Assembly (NCBI GenBank): GCA_029262175.1
Contig: JAJCZV010000101.1
Coordinates: 17,392 to 81,391 of the forward strand
Source of the DNA: Gemmatimonadota bacterium
GTDB taxonomy: Bacteria > Gemmatimonadota > Gemmatimonadetes > Palauibacterales > Palauibacteraceae
Length of the DNA stretch: 64,000 nucleotides
Direction: 5' to 3'
Position 1 is the stretch's first letter. Each line of letters opens with the position of its first letter. Position numbers and translations under genes: made by a program. The notes beneath the pieces were generated by a model. The model was not told the origin of the DNA. It did no database searches and was given only the letters and a program-made list of their open reading frames with translations. Below are positions 55,086-63,578 of the stretch, one piece after another.

Positions 55086-55493
55086 AGAGCTGCGACCGCA
55101 CTCCTTGCTGGCGTTCGCGATCCGAGGAACTCGAGACCCTTGGGCCGGCGTGGGGGGCCCTGATCGTTGGAGCCAGGACCGGGTTTTCTCACCGGTGGCT
55201 TTTACCAAACAGTTCGCGGATCCGAACTCACCCGGTTCGAATGCATCCGCATCGGGATCGTCGAACCAACGACCATCCTCGCCGGTTGCTGCCGCAACAC
55301 GGACCACAGTAACCTGAGGCTCGTATCGGTCATCAAACCACTTGACGCGGCCGCCGAGGAAACGTGACCACGAAAGAGCGGCTATCCGACAGAGGTCCGC
55401 GTAGGCGTTCGCGGGGCCATGAGCCGCTACTGGATGAGGCAACGCGATGACATCGGGCACCGACACGATCGCGGCGGGGCGTTAGGCTCGCCC

Positions 55494-55811
55494 ATGAATA
55501 TCCTCCGAAGGGTCATCCGCAAGGTGCGAGGGGTTCTTTTCCACGCACCCTACATGATCAGGTGTCGTGAGTTCGAAGACTTTATCCTCGACTATTTGGC
55601 GGACAGCCTCCCCCGAGGCCAGCGTCGCAGGTTCGAACTCCATATACGAGTTTGTGCTGAATGCCGCATCTACCTCGATGCGTACAAGACTTCCGTAGCG
55701 CTGGGGAAAGCGGTCTTCGACGAGCCGTGGGGCCCGCTTCCGAACAGCGTGCCGGAAGACCTCGTCACGGCCGTCCTCGCAGCTCGGAGACAGGGGACCG
55801 AAGACACGTAG
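55494..55811 (+). CDS. orphan ZAS-type anti-sigma factor, paralog of 53692..54051
   Basis: MNILRRVIRKVRGVLFHAPYMIRCREFEDFILDYLADSLP...LHIRVCAECRIYLDAYKTSVALGKAV aligns along its length with the upstream ZAS and has the same C-x25-H-x3-C-x2-C spacing. No sigma gene is adjacent. Confidence 0.7.
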   Translation: MNILRRVIRKVRGVLFHAPYMIRCREFEDFILDYLADSLPRGQRRRFELHIRVCAECRIYLDAYKTSVALGKAVFDEPWGPLPNSVPEDLVTAVLAARRQGTEDT

Positions 55812-56083
55812 TCTCCGTCTCGACGACTGATCCGCACCGGATCTGTAACCTGACGCCCCAACTTCGCCTCCAACCAACACCATGCACCGATACGGTCGCT
55901 GCGCGGCGCATCGCGAAGCCTTCTGGCGCAGTACGGCGGGCGATCCGCCCCCGCGGGGCCCGGTGCTGATTAGATCCACACACTCGGGACGGACATCGGT
56001 ATGCGGCTTCCGGATCTGCGACGCTGGTTTCGGACGGGACCCTCTGGGGTGTCCGTCTCGTGGGCTGGCACTCGGGGTCGAGG

Positions 56084-57295
56084 GTGAAGATCCTGATGCT
56101 TGGCTGGGAGTTCCCCCCCCATTTTGCGGGAGGTGTGGGGATCGTGGCCGCCGCGCTCGCTCGTTCGCTCTCGGCACGCGGGGTCATGGTTGACTATGTC
56201 GTGCCGACCGGTATGGAGGAGTTTTCCGAAGGGAATCTTCGCCTCATGGTCGCCGACGAACGCTGCCGCAACATCCGCGTCGCGAGACTGCCCGGCCAGC
56301 TAACCGCGTATGCGGACCTCGCCCCCCCCCGAGACAGGCGCGACGACAACACCCCGACCGACGCGACGCCGCTCTATGGGTCGGATCTTCGTACGGAGAT
56401 GTCGAGCTTCGCCGCGCGGTTGGTGGCTTGGGTCGAGGAAGACGATGTGACGTTCGACGTGATCCACGCGCATGACTGGACGACGTTCCCCGCCGCGCTT
56501 GCGCTGCAGGACTCCACCGGGAAGCCGGTCGTGCTGCACGTTCACATTACGGAGTTCGACAAGACCGGCGGCTCCCACGCAGACCCCACCACGTTCGACA
56601 TCGAACGGCGTGCGATGAATGCCGCCAATCGGGTGATCGCGGTGAGCGACCGCATTCGCGACCGGTGCGCACAGAGCTATGGCGTTCCGCTTGAACGAAT
56701 CCGCGTCGTCCACAACGCGGTCGACCCGCTCGAGCCTTCCAAAATCCCGCCGCCGCGCCTCGGTGGCAGCGTCGTCCTGTTTCTTGGCCGCATTACCCTG
56801 CAAAAAGGTCCAGACCACTTCCTCGAAGCGGCCCGCCTCGTCGCCGAACGCCTGCCGGACGTCCGCTTCGTCATGGCCGGCACGGGCGACCTGTTGCCGA
56901 GCATGATCGAACGTGCCGCTGAACTCGGGATCGGCGCCAAGACGTTTTTCCCAGGCTTTGTCGACCGCGATCAAGTCGGCCGGTTGCTCGACCTCGCGGA
57001 TGTCTTCGTGATGCCCAGTGTCTCCGAACCCTTCGGCATCGTTGCGGTCGAGGCCCAGCGAGCGGGAGTACCCGTCATCGTTTCTCGTCAGTCTGGCGCC
57101 AGTGAAGTCATGTCGCACGCGTTCAAGGCGGACTTCTGGAACGCGCATGACGTGGCGGGCAAGATCATGGCGTTGCTCGAGTACCCACCGCTCGCAGAAG
57201 CGCTCAGAGCCGCGGGTCCTAGGGAGGCTAGTCAAATGAATGGGGTTGACGTATCCGCCCACGTAATGGACGTCTACCAAGAGCTGGTCCACTAA
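56084..57295 (+). CDS. GT4-family glycosyltransferase (putative alpha-glucan/glycogen synthase)
   Basis: The N-terminus is (V)KILMLGWEFPPHFAGGVGI. The C-terminal GT-B motif is PSVSEPFGIVAVEAQRAGVPVIVS. The start is uncertain (GTG 56084, GTG 56060 or ATG 56096). Confidence 0.85.
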   Translation: MKILMLGWEFPPHFAGGVGIVAAALARSLSARGVMVDYVVPTGMEEFSEGNLRLMVADERCRNIRVARLPGQLTAYADLAPPRDRRDDNTPTDATPLYGSDLRTEMSSFAARLVAWVEEDDVTFDVIHAHDWTTFPAALALQDSTGKPVVLHVHITEFDKTGGSHADPTTFDIERRAMNAANRVIAVSDRIRDRCAQSYGVPLERIRVVHNAVDPLEPSKIPPPRLGGSVVLFLGRITLQKGPDHFLEAARLVAERLPDVRFVMAGTGDLLPSMIERAAELGIGAKTFFPGFVDRDQVGRLLDLADVFVMPSVSEPFGIVAVEAQRAGVPVIVSRQSGASEVMSHAFKADFWNAHDVAGKIMALLEYPPLAEALRAAGPREASQMNGVDVSAHVMDVYQELVH

Positions 57296-57313
57296 CACGG
57301 AGAATGGTGCGCA

Positions 57314-58501
57314 GTGCTCAGCGTTTGCTTCTATTTTCAGGTACATCAGCCGAGTAGGCTTTGCGCATACAGTCTGTTCGATGTCGGACGCTCGGCAGCG
57401 TATTTCGATGAGGCGCGGGACGAGGAGATCCTGCACCGCGTCTCGGACAGATGCTACCTACCTATGAACGAAATGCTGCTCGATCTTATCGATCACCACA
57501 ACGGTCTCTTCAAGGTGGCCTTCTCCGTTTCCGGCTCCGCCATGGAACAGATGGAGCGCTACCGCCCCGAAGTTCTGGATTCGTTCCGGCGTCTAGCCGA
57601 CACCGGCTGCGTTGAATTTCTAGCTGAGACATACGATCACAGCCTCGCCTTCGTTTTTGATCGCGATGAGTTCGACGACCAGGTCGAACGGCATGCCACG
57701 GCGGTCGAGCGGTACCTGGGCGTTCGTCCTACCGTCTTCCGAAATACCGAGCTCATCTTCAACGACGAGCTCGCCGAACACGTCGCGGCGCTGGGCTACC
57801 AAGCGGTGGTGATGGAGGGCGCCGACCAGATCCTGGGATGGCGTTCCCCCAACTACGTATACAGGTCGGCCGTCGCTCCCGAACTCAAGCTTCTGCTCAA
57901 GAACTACCGTCTTAGCGACGACATCGCGTTCCGATTCGGAAGCCACGAGTGGGAGCAGTATCCGCTCACCGCCGAGAAGTTCGCGCAGTGGGTGAACGCG
58001 AGTCATGGTGACGGCGTCACGGCGAATCTCTTCATGGACTACGAGACGTTCGGGGAGCACCAGTGGCCCGAGACGGGGATCTTCGAGTTCATGCGGCATC
58101 TCCCTGAGAAGATCCTCGCACATCCTGACACGGTTTTCCAAACCCCAGCTGAAGTAGCTGCCGCGAACGAGCCGGTAGGCGCCCTGAGTGTGCCGGATTT
58201 CGTCTCGTGGGCCGATGTTGAGAGAGATCTGACCGCGTGGCTCGGGAACGCTATGCAGACCACGGCGGGCGAGGCACTCTATCAGCTAAGGGAGTCCGTG
58301 TACGCGACAGCCGAACCAGCTCTGATCGACGACTGGAGGCGGCTCACCACGAGCGACCACGTCTACTACATGTGCACGAAGTGGTTCGCCGATGGCGACG
58401 TGCATAAGTACTTCAATCCGTTCGAATCTCCATATGAGGCCTACGTCGCTTTCATGAACGCCCTCGAAGACATGCGTCTCCGCGTCGAGCCATCGCCTTG
58501 A
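57314..58501 (+). CDS. glycoside hydrolase family 57 protein (alpha-amylase/branching-type)
   Basis: The GH57 N-terminal pattern is CFYFQVHQPSRL. Also present are EFLAETYDHSL and FMDYETFGEH. Confidence 0.85.
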   Translation: MLSVCFYFQVHQPSRLCAYSLFDVGRSAAYFDEARDEEILHRVSDRCYLPMNEMLLDLIDHHNGLFKVAFSVSGSAMEQMERYRPEVLDSFRRLADTGCVEFLAETYDHSLAFVFDRDEFDDQVERHATAVERYLGVRPTVFRNTELIFNDELAEHVAALGYQAVVMEGADQILGWRSPNYVYRSAVAPELKLLLKNYRLSDDIAFRFGSHEWEQYPLTAEKFAQWVNASHGDGVTANLFMDYETFGEHQWPETGIFEFMRHLPEKILAHPDTVFQTPAEVAAANEPVGALSVPDFVSWADVERDLTAWLGNAMQTTAGEALYQLRESVYATAEPALIDDWRRLTTSDHVYYMCTKWFADGDVHKYFNPFESPYEAYVAFMNALEDMRLRVEPSP

Positions 58502-60495
58502 GCCCCGCCGCCGAGAGATCGAGAGAGCCTCTCGCAGACGGGACGATCGAGTTCGACCAGCAGACGGTCAGCGACTTCAACCTGTCGAGTCAGCTCGAGT
58601 GGTTGGAGACCAACGGGCTCGGGGGTTGGGCGAGTTCGACCGTCAGCGGCGCCAACACCCGGCGCTACCACGGACTCCTCGTCGCGGCTGCACGGCCGCC
58701 GTTGGGCCGCGTTGTTCTGCTTTCCAAGCTGGACGAGACGTTACAGATCGGAGGCGACCGATTCGAGCTTGCGTCGAACCAATACCCCGGGACGGTTGAG
58801 CCCGACGGCTACCGGCGGCTGACACGTTTCACGCGCGGCGTCTTCCCAAGCTTCGAGTACCGGTGCGAGCAAATGGCTCTGATCAAAACGGTGATCGCCA
58901 TCCATGGGAGCAACACCACCGTGATTTGCTATGAACTCGAGCGCGCCGTCGGCCCGGTAACGCTCGAGCTGACACCGTTGATCGCCGGGCGAGACTACCA
59001 CGCGCTGGGCCGCGAACGTGACATGCCGCAAGCGGAGTTCAGCGAAACCTCGGGAACGGTTCATGTCGGCCCGTTCGCGGAAGAACTCGATCTCTTTCTC
59101 CGAGTACAGGGCTCCGGATTTCGGCCAGCGGAACACTGGTATCGAAACGTGGAGTACCTGCGCGAGCTAGACCGCGGGTTCGATTTTCGCGAGGACCTTT
59201 GGGCGCCTGGAACGCTCTCGGTCGAGCTTCACGAGGGCAGTAAGACGCTAGCGATCGCCTCGACTGAACCCGGCGACACCCTGGGCGTCGAACTCATCGA
59301 CCAAGAACGTGCGCGACGACTCGCTTTGGTCAACGCACTGCCGGTGCAAGATGAGGTCACGACACGTCTCGCCTTGGCTGCGGATCAGTTCATCGTCCGG
59401 CGCGGGCCGGACCTCCATTCCGTGATTGCCGGGTATCATTGGTTTGGCGATTGGGGACGCGACACCATGATCGCCCTCCCAGGTCTCTGCCTCGTTACGG
59501 GACGTTTCGAGGAGGCTCGCTCAATCCTCCGGGCATTTGCCGGCGCGATGAGCGAGGGAATGGTGCCGAACCGGTTTCCGGATATCGGCGTGGAGCCCGA
59601 GTACAATTCGGTCGACTCTACCTTGTGGATGTTCGTCGCCGTCGAGAGCTATCTGCGATACACAGGCGATGAAGAATTTGCCAAAGAGATGCTTCCGTTT
59701 CTACGCGAGGCGGTAAACCGCTACAGCGGGGGAACTCGGTTCGGGATTCGGGAAGACGAAGACGGGCTGATCTCTGCTGGCGAGACGGGGCAGCAGCTGA
59801 CGTGGATGGATGCGCGGATTGGGGACTGGGTCGTAACTCCGCGCGAAGGCAAGGCCGTCGAGATTAATGCGCTCTGGTACAACGCGCTTTCGATCCTCCG
59901 CGATATCGAGCGGCGGGTCGGGACGCGAGGGGCGGCTGAGGATCTCGACGGACGGGCGGTCCGAGTGCGCCGTCAGTTCGAGCGCGTATTCTGGAACGAC
60001 GAGAAGGGATGCCTGTTCGATGTCGTCGACGGCACGTACAGGGACGGGGCGATCAGGCCCAATCAACTGTTTGCGATCTCTCTCGCACACCCGCTCGTGT
60101 CAGCACCGCGCGCGGGTCGCATCTTGGACGTGGTGGAGGAACGGCTATTGACGCCCTTCGGGTTGAGGAGTCTCGAGCCGCGACACCCCGATTATCGAGG
60201 CCAGTACGAGGGTGATCCCGTCGCGCGGGACGCGGCCTACCATCAGGGAACGGCTTGGGCCTGGCTACTCGGTCCGTACCTGAGCGCGTTGTGCCGTTGG
60301 CGGGGTACGGCTGGCAAGCAGCTGGCGAGGGGCATCATGGAGGCTGCGCTCGTTCACCTGCGAGAGGCTTGCGTCGGCAGCTTCTCGGAGATCTTCGACG
60401 GCGACACCCACTTTTGTCCGCGTGGCGCGGTGGCGCAAGCATGGAGCGTAGCCGAGCTGCTGCGCGCTTATGTCGAGGACATCGCTCCAAACTAA
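58498..60495 (+). CDS. glycogen debranching enzyme (amylo-alpha-1,6-glucosidase, archaeal type)
   Basis: Motifs are EWLETNGLGGWASSTVSGANTRRYHGLL, GYHWFGDWGRDTMIALPG and AYHQGTAWAWLLGPY. The TTG start overlaps the GH57 stop. Confidence 0.9.
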   Translation: MSPAAERSREPLADGTIEFDQQTVSDFNLSSQLEWLETNGLGGWASSTVSGANTRRYHGLLVAAARPPLGRVVLLSKLDETLQIGGDRFELASNQYPGTVEPDGYRRLTRFTRGVFPSFEYRCEQMALIKTVIAIHGSNTTVICYELERAVGPVTLELTPLIAGRDYHALGRERDMPQAEFSETSGTVHVGPFAEELDLFLRVQGSGFRPAEHWYRNVEYLRELDRGFDFREDLWAPGTLSVELHEGSKTLAIASTEPGDTLGVELIDQERARRLALVNALPVQDEVTTRLALAADQFIVRRGPDLHSVIAGYHWFGDWGRDTMIALPGLCLVTGRFEEARSILRAFAGAMSEGMVPNRFPDIGVEPEYNSVDSTLWMFVAVESYLRYTGDEEFAKEMLPFLREAVNRYSGGTRFGIREDEDGLISAGETGQQLTWMDARIGDWVVTPREGKAVEINALWYNALSILRDIERRVGTRGAAEDLDGRAVRVRRQFERVFWNDEKGCLFDVVDGTYRDGAIRPNQLFAISLAHPLVSAPRAGRILDVVEERLLTPFGLRSLEPRHPDYRGQYEGDPVARDAAYHQGTAWAWLLGPYLSALCRWRGTAGKQLARGIMEAALVHLREACVGSFSEIFDGDTHFCPRGAVAQAWSVAELLRAYVEDIAPN

Positions 60496-60507
60496 CCAGG
60501 AGAAGGC

Positions 60508-60675
60508 ATGGTGTGGGAACGGATTGTGAACAGCACCCGCGGGCGGCTTCAGCCTGCTGGGGTCGCGGTCGGGATACGACCCAAAACACGAGGCACGGTC
60601 GAGACCAGCGGACAACCCGTCGGCGGTACGCGGGTGGTGGCCAGCGACCCATTCGCCCAACGCGTGAGGCCGTGA
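60508..60675 (+). CDS. candidate 55-aa small ORF (below the ORF-track length cutoff)
   Basis: ATG 60508 is preceded by AGGAGAAGG at 5 nt. The stop TGA 60673-60675 overlaps GTG 60672 of the M20 gene (GTGA). By hand count, third-position G+C is about 73 percent. I recognised no homolog. Confidence 0.3.
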   Translation: MVWERIVNSTRGRLQPAGVAVGIRPKTRGTVETSGQPVGGTRVVASDPFAQRVRP

Positions 60676-61847
60676 CTCCCGCCGACACCTTCGACCGCGA
60701 CGCGTTCCTGGTCGATCTGCGGGCGCTCATCGGGTTTCAGACCATCGTGTGCGAGAACCCACAGTCGTTCCATGACGCGAACGACTGGATTCGAGCCTTC
60801 TTCGATTCGGTGCAGGTCGAGTTCCAAGAGTTCGAGTGTCACGGGCTCGTGTCTACGATCATCAAACCCCGGGACTCGGCGAGACCCCGCATGCTCGGCG
60901 ACGGCCACATCGAGGTCGTCCCGGCCGAGGCCGCACAGTTTGACCTGCGCGAGCGCGATGGCCTCCTTTGCGCCCGGGGGGTGGCCGACATGAAGACACA
61001 GTGCCTGATGATGATGTTGGTGCTGCGTGAGTTGATCGCCGAGGGGCATCACAACGACTTCTGGCTGCTGCTGTCCGAGGACGAGGAGCGTGGGTCCGAA
61101 CACGGGGTGGCGCTCGTCGCGGAGCGCTTGTACCGCGAGGGCAACTTCCCACGAGCGGTGTTCGCGCCCGACGGCGGCCCTGACTTCTCGTACGTAGAGA
61201 AGGAAAAGGGTCTGCTCCGGTTCTCTGTCGAAGTGCATGGGACGGCGGCTCACGGCAGTCGGCCATACCTGGCGGACAACGCGATCGAGAAGGCCTTCGA
61301 GCTCGACCAAGATCTCCGGGCCACGTTTCCGAATCCTCGGGACGAAGACGATTGGCGGATGTCGCTCGCCATGACGACCATCTCCGCCGGCGAGGCGCAG
61401 AACCAGATCCCAGGCGAGTGCGCGGCCTCGTTCGATGCTCGGATCACCGAAACGGATGAACCGGAGGTGGTCACGGCTCGAATTCGCGAGATCTGCGAAC
61501 GTCACGACGCCAGCGTGACCTTCGGCGCACCGGAACCGGCAGCCGTCTACCCGCGCTCGCGGCCGATCGCACGACGCTTCATCGACATCCTGCGCGAAGA
61601 GAGCGGGCACGAGCCGACGATTCTGCACTCCGCCGGAGCCAGCAATGGACGAATCTATCTCCGGCATGATCCCGAGGTGCCGGTGCTCATGAGCGGCCCG
61701 CGGGTGGGCGGCGCTCACGGTCCGGACGAATGGCTCGACCCGGACTCGCTGGACGCCTTTTACCGCGTGGTACGGCGCTCGGCCTTGATGAAGCTGGAAG
61801 CGCGCCCCGTTGTCGGCGCGGTCGAGAGGGAGGGTCAACCGCTGTGA
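60672..61847 (+). CDS. M20-family metallopeptidase (ArgE/DapE/CPG2-like)
   Basis: Motifs are LGDGHIEVVP, RGVADMKTQC, LLLSEDEERGS and HGTAAHGSRP. The upstream 139 codons of the long ORF are Arg-rich and overlap the debranching enzyme gene. Confidence 0.8.
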   Translation: MTPADTFDRDAFLVDLRALIGFQTIVCENPQSFHDANDWIRAFFDSVQVEFQEFECHGLVSTIIKPRDSARPRMLGDGHIEVVPAEAAQFDLRERDGLLCARGVADMKTQCLMMMLVLRELIAEGHHNDFWLLLSEDEERGSEHGVALVAERLYREGNFPRAVFAPDGGPDFSYVEKEKGLLRFSVEVHGTAAHGSRPYLADNAIEKAFELDQDLRATFPNPRDEDDWRMSLAMTTISAGEAQNQIPGECAASFDARITETDEPEVVTARIREICERHDASVTFGAPEPAAVYPRSRPIARRFIDILREESGHEPTILHSAGASNGRIYLRHDPEVPVLMSGPRVGGAHGPDEWLDPDSLDAFYRVVRRSALMKLEARPVVGAVEREGQPL

Positions 61848-61857
61848 GGCAGGCGTA

Positions 61858-62433
61858 TCACTCGGACGGGCCGGCCGTCACGCAGATTCCCGCTTGAAGC
61901 TGTGCTCCGTACGCCACGCGAAGCTCTTTTCTGAGCTTCGCCTCGCACTGCCATGTCAGGTCCTCGCTGGTTTCGCACAGGAGCTCGGGCACGGGGGTCG
62001 GACCTCCCTCGTCGTCGATCGCGACCATCGTGAAGAAGCAACGATTCGTGCGTCGGTCGCTGTCCTGCCGATCGGGTCGCTCGGCGACGATCGAGATCCC
62101 GACCTCCATGGAGGATCGGCCGGTCAGGTTCACCGCGGCTCGGAGGGTGACAAGGTCTCCGACACGAACAGGAGAGTGAAACTCGACCCGATCGACCCCT
62201 ACCGTGACGCAATAGCCCTGCGCGTACTTCGAAGCGCACAGAAAGGCGACCTCATCCATCAACCCCAGCAAGACGCCGCCGTGCACGTTGCCCGCGAAGT
62301 TGGTGTCATGTGGTCGCATGAGCCGGGAAATCTCGACTCGAGAGTCGGCGACGGTCTTCTGCCCGCGGACGAGTTCTGCCCCGGCGACCGGACCACCACT
62401 CGCGTCCGCAGCGGGCGCGCGCGCCGCCGCCAT
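61858..62433 (-). CDS. acyl-CoA thioesterase (hotdog fold, YciA/BFIT-like)
   Basis: The defining stretch is MRPHDTNFAGNVHGGVLLGLMDEVAFLCASKYAQGYCVTVGVDRVEFHSPVRVGDLV. The start is ATG 62433 or GTG 62451. Confidence 0.8.
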   Translation of the reverse strand: MAAARAPAADASGGPVAGAELVRGQKTVADSRVEISRLMRPHDTNFAGNVHGGVLLGLMDEVAFLCASKYAQGYCVTVGVDRVEFHSPVRVGDLVTLRAAVNLTGRSSMEVGISIVAERPDRQDSDRRTNRCFFTMVAIDDEGGPTPVPELLCETSEDLTWQCEAKLRKELRVAYGAQLQAGICVTAGPSE

Positions 62434-62506
62434 CTCCGCTTGCTCACTCACGTTCGTGCTCCCAAGGCAGACCTCGACGGCGCCACGACCGGGCAGATGG
62501 CAGTAA

Positions 62507-63055
62507 TCATTTCGAGTCGAACCCCACCTCACCGGACTCCACCACCTCCATGGTCAGCCACATGCCGGTCAGCGCGTGCGCCGGCATATGACAGATCAGC
62601 CCGTAGGTGCCCGCCCGATCGGCCGTGAACTGGAGCGTCTCGCTTTGACCCGGCGCGGTCCCCCCGGTCGGACTCGCAGCGTTGGAGCTCATTCCTCCCG
62701 CGAAGACCGGCTGCGGATCCGTGAACATCGCGGGAAACGGATTCATGATCTCGCCGACTCCGATGCTGTGTGCGACGTAAGGGTCGGCGTTGTTGAAGTC
62801 GATCTCGACCTGGTACCCGACCGGAATGGTCAACGCCCCCGCTCCCTTGAAATAGCCGTTGAAGTTCCAGCGGAGATTCTCTTCCGTCGTGCCAGAGACG
62901 ATGGACAGCGTCACCTTCCGGGCCGCCCGGTCAACCGAGATCCAGTCGGCACCGCCCGGGACCGTGGACTGCGCGTGGACGCCGGAAGCCGCCCAGACCG
63001 ACGCGGCGATGGCAAGGCCCAGCACTCGCCTCGAAGTTGCTTTGTTTCGCCTCAT
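62507..63055 (-). CDS. secreted cupredoxin-like blue copper protein (sulfocyanin-like)
   Basis: The signal peptide is RRVLGLAIAASVWAASGVHAQ. The copper ligand context is VAHSIGV...YGLICHMPAHALTGM (C-x4-H-x4-M). Confidence 0.75.
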   Translation of the reverse strand: MRRNKATSRRVLGLAIAASVWAASGVHAQSTVPGGADWISVDRAARKVTLSIVSGTTEENLRWNFNGYFKGAGALTIPVGYQVEIDFNNADPYVAHSIGVGEIMNPFPAMFTDPQPVFAGGMSSNAASPTGGTAPGQSETLQFTADRAGTYGLICHMPAHALTGMWLTMEVVESGEVGFDSK

Positions 63056-63074
63056 TGCTTTTCCCTGTCACTTT

Positions 63075-63104
63075 CTGTCGTAGCTCGATCTGTCGTAGCT
63101 CGAT
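63075..63104. repeat. perfect 15-bp tandem duplication CTGTCGTAGCTCGAT x2
   Basis: The copies are at 63075-63089 and 63090-63104, 20-49 nt upstream of ATG 63055. T6 (63106-63111) and G9 (63112-63120) follow immediately. Confidence 0.85.
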
Positions 63105-63197
63105 GTTTTTTGGGGGGGGGCCGTACACCGAGGTTCGAAGTCCCTCCCCCGAAAACTCCCGAGGGAGAACCACCCCAGCGACGGCCCCGACTCAGGA

Positions 63198-63578
63198 TTA
63201 ACCGTCTACTACTTCGATCTTGTCGACGACGATGCTGCGGGCCCCGCCGCGGTTGAATACGCTGCCGGTCACTTTGACCAACTGCTCGGCGTGCTCGACG
63301 AGCACAGGGTTCTGTCCGACGGAGGGCATTCCTTTGCCGCTCGCCATGTAAACCTGGCCATCCTCACCGAGGAATCCGAGAGGGACTCCGGCGTTGGCAC
63401 AGACTTCGGCGCACATTTTGTGGTCCGGTCCGCTGAGGTTGAAGTTGACGTAGCACGCCGTGTCGATGACCCGCGCGCTCACCGTTTGCGGTGCAGGCAT
63501 GTCCTGCGCGCGGACCTCCGGTGCGACACCGGCAAGGGTCCCTAGCGCGACGGCCAGAGCCAGAGTTGGTGCTTTCAT
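63198..63578 (-). CDS. hypothetical secreted Cys-containing protein
   Basis: ATG 63578 gives MKAPTLALAVALGTLAGVAPEVRAQ, a signal peptide. The Cys pattern is DTACYVNF...HKMCAEVCANAG. I recognised no family. Confidence 0.55.
   Translation of the reverse strand: MKAPTLALAVALGTLAGVAPEVRAQDMPAPQTVSARVIDTACYVNFNLSGPDHKMCAEVCANAGVPLGFLGEDGQVYMASGKGMPSVGQNPVLVEHAEQLVKVTGSVFNRGGARSIVVDKIEVVDG

Noticed and set aside
55071-55466. A 131-aa minus-strand ORF (GTG start) in the gap between the patatin gene and the orphan ZAS gene, with an acidic segment VKWFDDRYEPQVTVVRVAAATGEDGRWFDDPDADAFEPGEF.
   Set aside because: Third-position G+C by hand count is only about 55 percent, lower than in confident genes here. 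It has no SD or recognisable motif, and its 3' end overlaps the patatin gene. It is possibly real but not supportable from sequence alone.
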